From Candidatus Altiarchaeota archaeon (GTDB lineage: Archaea > Altiarchaeota > Altiarchaeia > IMC4 > QMZM01), in the NCBI GenBank assembly GCA_016931955.1, contig JAFGDV010000033.1, positions 1 to 13,640 on the forward strand: a DNA stretch of 13,640 nt, given 5' to 3'. Below, one piece after another: positions 7,875 through 13,640 of the stretch. The notes under the pieces were generated by a model. It made no database searches. It saw nothing but the letters and a program-made list of their open reading frames with translations, and was not told where the DNA came from. Made by a program: the position numbers and the translations under genes. The first letter of the stretch is position 1, and each line of letters starts with the position of its first letter.

Positions 7875-8963
7875 ATGGACGCCAAAAAAGAGTACAGACT
7901 AAGGAAGATAGTGAACGAATTGAAGAACAAGAGAGGAAGACACACAGAACTGGTCTCAGTGTACGTGCCCAAGGGCTTCGACATAAACAACGTCATAGGA
8001 CAACTCGCAGAAGAACAGGGGACTGCCTCGAATATAAAGTCGAAGACTACTAGGAAGAACGTGGTAGACGCCTTAGAGAAGATAATACAACATTTGAGAT
8101 TATTCAAGCAGACCCCGGAGAACGGATTAGCGGTATTCTGCGGAAACATCTCAGAAAGAGAGGGAATACAGGACCTGCAACTGTGGTCCGTGGAGCCGCA
8201 CGAGCCGATATATGTGAGAATATACAGGTGCGATCAAACCTTCGTCACAGAGCCCCTCGAAGACCTGGTGACTACAAAGGAGGTATATGGGTTGATAGCG
8301 ATCGACAACAAGGAGGCGACGATAGCCACTTTGAAGGGAGATAGATACAACATAATAAAGAAGCTGACCTCAGGATACAGGGGAAAACACAGAGCCGGAG
8401 GACAATCACAGAGGAGATTCGAACGAATAGTCTTAGAGCAGTCACATGAGTTCAAGGTAAGGGTGGGAGAAGCAGCCACAACAGCATTCCTAGACAACCT
8501 GAAAGACCTGAAGGGAGTCGTCGTAGGAGGCCCAGCAGGCACAAAAGACGACTTCCTGGAAGGAGACTACCTACACCACGAACTCAAGAAGAAGATCATC
8601 GCAGTACAGGACATAACATACACCGACGAATCAGGGATAAGAGAGCTGATAGACAAGTCCAAGGATGTTCTAAGCAACGTAGAAATGGTGAGACAGAAGA
8701 TCCACGTGCAGCGGTTCCTGAAAGAACTGATACACGACGGAAACATAGCCTACGGAGACGACATAGAAAAAGCACTCAACGCAGGAGCCGTGGAGGTGTT
8801 GTTGCTCTCCCAAAATCTGAACGACGAAGCCATAGACGACCTGTACGAGAAGGCGAAGGCGACAAGCGCCAACGTCGAAATACTCTCAGACAACTTCGAG
8901 GAAGGATTCCAGCTCTGGAACACATTCAAGGGAAAGGCAGCATTGCTGAGATTCAAGGTATAG
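7875..8963 (+). CDS. prf1: Archaeal peptide chain release factor 1 (aRF1)
   Basis: GRHTELVSVYVP, ASNIKS, YRCDQTF (YxCxxxF), KHRAGGQSQRRF, GGPAGTK and terminal AALLRF motifs. Confidence 0.97.
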   Translation: MDAKKEYRLRKIVNELKNKRGRHTELVSVYVPKGFDINNVIGQLAEEQGTASNIKSKTTRKNVVDALEKIIQHLRLFKQTPENGLAVFCGNISEREGIQDLQLWSVEPHEPIYVRIYRCDQTFVTEPLEDLVTTKEVYGLIAIDNKEATIATLKGDRYNIIKKLTSGYRGKHRAGGQSQRRFERIVLEQSHEFKVRVGEAATTAFLDNLKDLKGVVVGGPAGTKDDFLEGDYLHHELKKKIIAVQDITYTDESGIRELIDKSKDVLSNVEMVRQKIHVQRFLKELIHDGNIAYGDDIEKALNAGAVEVLLLSQNLNDEAIDDLYEKAKATSANVEILSDNFEEGFQLWNTFKGKAALLRFKV

Positions 8964-9075
8964 TTTTTTTTTGTGCAACTAAGCGAAGCGCATGTTGCAC
9001 CTTTGATCAACCTTTATTAAAGGTTGCAGATGGAAAAGCAGCATTGCTGAGATCCAAGGTGTAGTTTTTTTTGCA
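8931..9075 (+). repeat. Imperfect direct repeat of the aRF1 3' end plus T-tract (8931-8972 and 9032-9072)
   Basis: GGAAAGGCAGCATTGCTGAGATTCAAGGTATAG-T9 versus GGAAAAGCAGCATTGCTGAGATCCAAGGTGTAG-T8; 30 of 33 nt are identical before the T-tract. Confidence 0.95.
8964..8972 (+). terminator. Oligo-T terminator after aRF1
   Basis: T9 immediately after the TAG stop, as in archaeal intrinsic terminators. Confidence 0.6.
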
Positions 9076-9180
9076 CCAGGATCTTCTATTCTGCACATAA
9101 GGGCACCCTGTGCCCTTATCAACCCCAAGAATCTGCCTTCGGCAGATTCCTTTTTGGTCAACCTTTTATGAAAAGGTTGC
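8973..9180. repeat. Cluster of five hairpins including two copies of a REP-like palindrome
   Basis: Inverted repeats at 8973-9000, 9008-9026, 9097-9119, 9129-9149 and 9159-9179. The second and fifth share TTTGRTCAACCTTT..AAAGGTTGC. Confidence 0.85.
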
Positions 9181-9184
9181 GGGT

Positions 9185-10192
9185 CTAGTATGTGCTGGAT
9201 CTGGATTCAGGCTCCTCTGAGCCTTTTCCCTCTGATGTAGTGGACTCGAAGGACTTAGCTAGATCCTCCAGTTTCTTCCTCCTGACGTCGGGATTCTCCT
9301 TGAAGATTTCAGCGACGGCGGCGATACTTCCAAGGATACCTGAAGTCTCCATGGGCAGGAAGATCTTCGTAGCATTACCGTCGGCGACCTTCTGCAAGGT
9401 TTCAAGATACTTTATCGCGATCAAGTCCTCAGAAGGCATACCCCTGTGTATCGCCGAATAAACGCTTATGATGGCTTCGGCCTCACCCTCAGCCACTGCG
9501 ATCTCCTTATACCGGGTAGCGTCGGCGACCTTCTGTATAGCCTGAGCCCGACCCTCCGCCTCAAGGATGGCGCCCTGCTTCGAACCCTCAGCCTTCAGGA
9601 TCTCAGACTGCTTGATACCCTCAGCCTCCAGGATTGCTGCCCTCTTGGTCCTCTCAGCCTTCATCTGCTTGCTCATAGCATCAGTTATGTCCCTAGGAGG
9701 GTCGATCTTCTGCAATTCAACCCGAGTGACCCTGACACCCCATCTATCGGTGGCGTCGTCTAGGATCCTCCTAAGCTCTGCGTTGATCTTCTCTCTAGAG
9801 GTTAAGGTCTCATCCAGCTCCAAGTCACCTACGACGTTCCTCAGATTGGTCTGAGCCAGCTTCAAGGCAGCCAACTCGAACATAGCAACATTGTAGACGA
9901 CCTTAAATGGATCGGTGACCTCAAAATAGATAACAGCGTCAACGGTAACCACTGCGTTATCTTCTGTGATGACCTCCTGAGGCGGGACATCAATAACCTG
10001 CTCCCGGACGTCCACCTTTATTATGGTCTCGACAAAGGGGATGATAAACTGCAGCCCAGGACCAAGGGTCTTCTGATATTTACCGAAACGCTCAATCAAG
10101 CCCTTCTCAAATGGGCGAATAATCTTCACAGCCTTCGTGGCAAAAATAAAAACCAAAAACAAAGCAAACAATATTGGGTAGAAACCATCCAT
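9185..10192 (-). CDS. SPFH/band 7 (stomatin/QmcA-like) membrane protein
   Basis: N-terminal TM, ERFGKY, PGLQFIIPF, DVPPQEVIT.DN..V.VDAV, LAQTNLRNVVG and QMKAERTKRAAILEAEG motifs. A GAGGTGA SD lies at 10204-10198. Confidence 0.95.
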   Translation of the reverse strand: MDGFYPILFALFLVFIFATKAVKIIRPFEKGLIERFGKYQKTLGPGLQFIIPFVETIIKVDVREQVIDVPPQEVITEDNAVVTVDAVIYFEVTDPFKVVYNVAMFELAALKLAQTNLRNVVGDLELDETLTSREKINAELRRILDDATDRWGVRVTRVELQKIDPPRDITDAMSKQMKAERTKRAAILEAEGIKQSEILKAEGSKQGAILEAEGRAQAIQKVADATRYKEIAVAEGEAEAIISVYSAIHRGMPSEDLIAIKYLETLQKVADGNATKIFLPMETSGILGSIAAVAEIFKENPDVRRKKLEDLAKSFESTTSEGKGSEEPESRSSTY

Positions 10193-10202
10193 TTATCTCA
10201 CC

Positions 10203-10628
10203 TCACATTTTTTTCACGATAACATGTGCGCCTTCAACGCCTGTTACTTCGACCTTCTCTCCTACAGGAATCTTTTCCTCGGCGTCGGCTCGCCATTCAT
10301 CCTTTCTGATCCTCACCCTGCCAGTGTTCTCCTCAGGGTCTATTGTTTCGATGACATGCGCCTTCTGCCCGATCAATGCATCAATGGCTGCATCCCTCGG
10401 CGCTTTCTTGGTTATCCTGTCAGCGAACCGCCTCGTGAAGAGGAGCAATATAACTGAGACGACGAGAAATATAATCCATTGGGTTATGTCATCTGAGACG
10501 CCGAAGAAGGCTGCTAAGGCAGCAGCAAGGCCGCCGACGCCAAACCAGGTCAAAAAAAAGCCTTCAGTGAACATCTCACCTATAAAAAAGATTATCGCTA
10601 CGACAAGCCAAATCTCGAATCCAGCCAT
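10203..10628 (-). CDS. NfeD family protein (short YbbJ-like, OB-fold C-terminus)
   Basis: Three N-terminal hydrophobic helices, then LIGQKAHV, GRVRI..DEWRA and GEKVEVTGVEG. It is directly upstream of the SPFH gene, the canonical pairing. Confidence 0.93.
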   Translation of the reverse strand: MAGFEIWLVVAIIFFIGEMFTEGFFLTWFGVGGLAAALAAFFGVSDDITQWIIFLVVSVILLLFTRRFADRITKKAPRDAAIDALIGQKAHVIETIDPEENTGRVRIRKDEWRADAEEKIPVGEKVEVTGVEGAHVIVKKM

Positions 10629-10672
10629 AATATGTATATGTATCCAAATAAATAAATAGTTTAAACGGTCAG

Positions 10673-13090
10673 ATGGACACTAAACACATGATGTGGATAG
10701 CAGTGGTCTTTGTTCTGATACTATCACATCATGCCTCTGCAGGATACTGCAATGAAGAGCTAATGGATGCTGAAGCCGGAGCCCACGTCGTCGTATCCAA
10801 ATGCAGGAACATCGGAACGTTCTCCCTCGGAGGCTTCTATGACGGAGAATGGGAGAGATTAACGTATAACTACCCGGAGGCGTGGGAGGGCACCTTCATG
10901 AGTGTGTACGTGGATGGAAGGGTCTATTCTAATACTATGAATCCCTCCAGTGTAAGGCTCGACAGCAGCACATTCATGGACCAATACGTGGAGAAGGCTC
11001 CGCAGAGGATAGGCAACAAGATCATCACGGTGTGGAGGCTCCCCGAGCAGGTCATCGTTGAAGAGATACTCGAATTGGTCGAGAACGGCACCAAGATACA
11101 TATCAGATTGGGAAACAAAGGGGGGCGGGATGTTGAGGTTGGGGCGAGGCTCCACTTAGACACGATGCTCGGGGAAAACGACGGCGCACCGATCTACATA
11201 CCAGGCGACGGATTGAAGTCGAAGGAATCAGAGTACTACGACGACGGACTCGACTTCAGATACTGGAAAGCATATAACAGGGGAGAGAATGCGACGATAA
11301 TCTCCAGCGGAATACTCTATGGTGAAGGATTAACGTACCCCGACAGGCTGCTGGTCACGGACTGGAAGAAGAGCATGTACTCGTCATGGGACTATGGAAT
11401 TGATCCAGGGGTCACTATACTGGGGGATTCAGCAGTGATCATATACTATGAACCGAGGACCCTTTCGCTGAATGAGACGAGGACGATCCTCACAGCATAC
11501 AAGAGAGGCGAGCCCGTGCTGGGGGTTGCGAAAGGCAGCCTTGGAATAGCGGACATAGTACCAGAAGGCGTTGATGATGAGCATCTTCCAGGAGAAAACA
11601 TCTCCTTCAGCGTTGATGTTGTGAGCAGGGACGTTGAAGAAAATACCAGCGTGCTTGTAGAGGTCGTCGACAAAGAAGGTAAGATAGTCTACAAATACAA
11701 CTCGACAAGCGATATCCTGGAGCCGGATACAGTAACGCCGACAGGTTTTGGCTTCCAGGTTCCTGAGGACTCAATGGAAGGAGACTTCTTTGACGTAAGG
11801 GCGTCTCTGTTCAAGGACGGGGAGAGGGTCGATCAACAGAGTAAGAGGTTCACTGTTTCAGAATCACAGAAGGGCTCATTCATGTTGGACGACGTCAGGG
11901 TTACTGGTTCCGGTAATGTCTCAGACATAGAGGTGGACTTGATAAACCTCGGATCGAGAAATAGCGGGGTCTTGAGGATTCAAGTAATAAAGGACGGAGT
12001 GGTCATCTATGAAGCAACAAGGTCGACTGATATCTTGAATGCGGACACTGTAGGGACCTACAACTTCGAATGGTTCCATGAAGGCATCGACTTGGATTCC
12101 TTCATCGTTGTCGTATCCCTCTACAGGGATTACAGGAAGGTGGATGAGATAAAGAAGGAATTCTCTTTCCGGTTCAGGTTGAAGGACGTGCGGCTTTACA
12201 AGACAGGAGAGAAACAGGTCATCATCGAAATAGATCTGGTAAGCTCCAAGGCGCCGAACAGCGGCGAAGTAGGGCTTGAGGTACTGAGCAACGGGGAAGT
12301 CATCCATGAAAGTATGAAGGCGACTGGTATCGTTCCACCCTTTATGACGACCACCGTCAACTTTACCTGGATCCCAGAGGGTGATTATTATAATCCAATT
12401 TTTGTAGCCATTTCCTTGTACAAGGATCTCAAGAAAGTAGATGAGATCACGAAGGAGTTATCCTTTAAAACAGATGATGGCGGATCTCCTGAATCGGTCG
12501 AACTGCCCGAGGCTTCAGAAGTCATGGTAGAAGAGGAGGATGAAGTAGATGAAGGCGTGCCTTACCTGCAGATTGCCGGGTTAATGTTATTGATATTGCT
12601 GTTTTTGTTTCTCAATCCAGTGACTAGGGGGAAGGTGATGGATACTGGGGGTGGCATCTATGGTGAAATAGAAAGGAGGAGCCAGAGGAAGGGTTCGATG
12701 AAGAAGGTGGTTGAGATTCTAAAGGCGGTAGGCGTTAGCATGGGAGTCAACGATATCCTAAAGGAGATGAGGGATCTTAAGGCGGTTGAATTGGAGAAGC
12801 TGAGGGACGGCGAAAATATTGTGCTGATCATCAAGAACAGAAGCGGTAAGAGGTTGAGGAATTGTGTGGTCGAAGACAGCCTCCCAGGAGGTGGGGGGGT
12901 TTCGATGTCAGACTTCCACACGATAGGCAAGGGTGATAAACTGGTAGTTGGCAGGGACGATAAACTCATCTGGCAGATAGGGACACTGCTGCCTGGGGAC
13001 ACAGCTATCCTGGAATACAAGATGACGGGAGGCAAAACCATGACTCCGGTAAGGCTTAAATGGGATTTCGGGGAGAAAGTCCAAGGTTAG
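10673..13090 (+). CDS. Large secreted, membrane-anchored surface protein of unknown function with repeated beta-sandwich-like modules
   Basis: 805 aa. It has a signal peptide (ending ASA), an N-terminal domain containing LDTMLGENDGAP, three ~100-aa repeats, an acidic linker, a TM helix (LQIAGLMLLILLFLFL) and a C-terminal beta-rich domain. Confidence 0.85.
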   Translation: MDTKHMMWIAVVFVLILSHHASAGYCNEELMDAEAGAHVVVSKCRNIGTFSLGGFYDGEWERLTYNYPEAWEGTFMSVYVDGRVYSNTMNPSSVRLDSSTFMDQYVEKAPQRIGNKIITVWRLPEQVIVEEILELVENGTKIHIRLGNKGGRDVEVGARLHLDTMLGENDGAPIYIPGDGLKSKESEYYDDGLDFRYWKAYNRGENATIISSGILYGEGLTYPDRLLVTDWKKSMYSSWDYGIDPGVTILGDSAVIIYYEPRTLSLNETRTILTAYKRGEPVLGVAKGSLGIADIVPEGVDDEHLPGENISFSVDVVSRDVEENTSVLVEVVDKEGKIVYKYNSTSDILEPDTVTPTGFGFQVPEDSMEGDFFDVRASLFKDGERVDQQSKRFTVSESQKGSFMLDDVRVTGSGNVSDIEVDLINLGSRNSGVLRIQVIKDGVVIYEATRSTDILNADTVGTYNFEWFHEGIDLDSFIVVVSLYRDYRKVDEIKKEFSFRFRLKDVRLYKTGEKQVIIEIDLVSSKAPNSGEVGLEVLSNGEVIHESMKATGIVPPFMTTTVNFTWIPEGDYYNPIFVAISLYKDLKKVDEITKELSFKTDDGGSPESVELPEASEVMVEEEDEVDEGVPYLQIAGLMLLILLFLFLNPVTRGKVMDTGGGIYGEIERRSQRKGSMKKVVEILKAVGVSMGVNDILKEMRDLKAVELEKLRDGENIVLIIKNRSGKRLRNCVVEDSLPGGGGVSMSDFHTIGKGDKLVVGRDDKLIWQIGTLLPGDTAILEYKMTGGKTMTPVRLKWDFGEKVQG
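11534..12466 (+). repeat. Three tandem ~100-aa protein repeats within the 805-aa protein
   Basis: Units at about 11534-11857, 11873-12169 and 12170-12466 end in SLFKDGERVDQQSKRFTV, SLYRDYRKVDEIKKEFSF and SLYKDLKKVDEITKELSF. Confidence 0.8.
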
Positions 13091-13128
13091 GTTTTTTCTG
13101 GTGACGTGTAATATATAAGGTATATAAG

Positions 13129-13640
13129 ATGTTTTCCAAGGAATACGGGATTCTGTTTACTGTGTCTATGTTGTTGCTCCTGAATGGAGTCATAGCTGAG
13201 GAGTGCACGGTGGAGCTCAAGAACCCATCAAAGGGCGTGCACATCGTAGTCGAAAGCTGCGGCAACATAGGGACATTCTCAGTTGGAGGGCTGTATGACA
13301 AGGATAAATGGGAGAAGCTGACCTACAACTACCCGGAGACATGGAAGGGCACCTTCCTGAGCGTGAAGGTCGATGACAGGGTTTATTCCAATTTTGTGGA
13401 ATCACAGGATAAGGTATTCATGGATCCATACGTTGAGCAGCAGCCTACGGTGGAAGGCGAATCGATCCTGACCACATGGAGGCTTCCTGGGGATGTCAGA
13501 TTGGAGGAGAGGTTTGGGCTGATAGATAAAGGGGTTATGTTAAATGTAACGATAATAAACGAGGGAGACGTATGTGTCGATACCGGGATAAGGCTCCACT
13601 TAGACACGATGCTCGGGGAAAACGACGGCGCACCGATCTA
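13129..13640 (+). CDS. Paralog of the 805-aa surface protein, truncated by the window end
   Basis: Open frame MFSKEYGILFTVSMLLLLNGVIAEECTVELKNPSKGVHIVVESCGNIGTFSVGGLYDKDKWEKLTYNYPETWKGTF...RLHLDTMLGENDGAPI, colinear with the upstream protein. It is absent from the ORF track because it has no stop in the window. Confidence 0.93.
   Translation, partial: MFSKEYGILFTVSMLLLLNGVIAEECTVELKNPSKGVHIVVESCGNIGTFSVGGLYDKDKWEKLTYNYPETWKGTFLSVKVDDRVYSNFVESQDKVFMDPYVEQQPTVEGESILTTWRLPGDVRLEERFGLIDKGVMLNVTIINEGDVCVDTGIRLHLDTMLGENDGAPI
13591..13640 (+). repeat. Exact 50-bp direct repeat of 11147-11196
   Basis: AGGCTCCACTTAGACACGATGCTCGGGGAAAACGACGGCGCACCGATCTA occurs at both positions. Confidence 0.97.

Noticed and set aside
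8931-9064. DGR template/variable repeat pair
   Set aside because: The mismatches (G/A, T/C, A/G) are not confined to adenines of one copy, the repeat is short, and there is no reverse transcriptase in the window.
8961-9064. Stop-codon readthrough of aRF1 into the duplicated tail
   Set aside because: The copies are 101 nt apart (out of frame) and the readthrough frame stops at TAA 9018-9020.
8979-9161. 60-aa minus-strand ORF
   Set aside because: It runs through hairpins and repeats, has a non-ATG start and has no recognisable protein features.
8931-9182. CRISPR array
   Set aside because: Each motif has only two copies, the spacing is unequal, the intervening sequences are hairpins, and there are no cas genes.
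13112-13128. Tandem TATATAAG repeat before the second paralog
   Set aside because: It is low-complexity promoter-like sequence and too close to the ATG at 13129 to assign confidently as a TATA box or operator.
1816-13607. Numerous short antisense or overlapping ORFs in the track (for example 2185-2589, 7841-8149, 10174-10659, 13056-13301, 13383-13607)
   Set aside because: They are shadows of well-supported genes and have no independent motifs.

Overview
Archaeal chromosomal segment, judged from an aRF1 gene, an archaeal-type PheT, TATA-like boxes and GAGGTGA-type SD motifs. From left to right it contains: (1) a probable IS200/IS605 terminal hairpin at the window edge; (2) a tightly packed, AT-rich minus-strand glycosylation operon (ArnC/GtrB-like GT2, RmlC-like cupin, RmlB, RmlA, DegT aminotransferase, GT4) with no RmlD; (3) an Lrp/AsnC regulator and a GT-C/GT87-like membrane protein; (4) a PheT ORF that consists only of the C-terminal half, followed by a compact aRF1; (5) a 221-bp convergent intergenic region holding a second copy of the aRF1 3' end and five hairpins; (6) an NfeD-SPFH pair; (7) two tandem paralogous secreted/surface protein genes. 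The second paralog is cut off by the window end and shares a perfect 50-bp stretch with the first. The most unusual items are the half-PheT lacking the editing domain, the duplicated aRF1 tail with palindromic modules, and the surface-protein paralogs. All family calls come from motif recognition; no searches were run.
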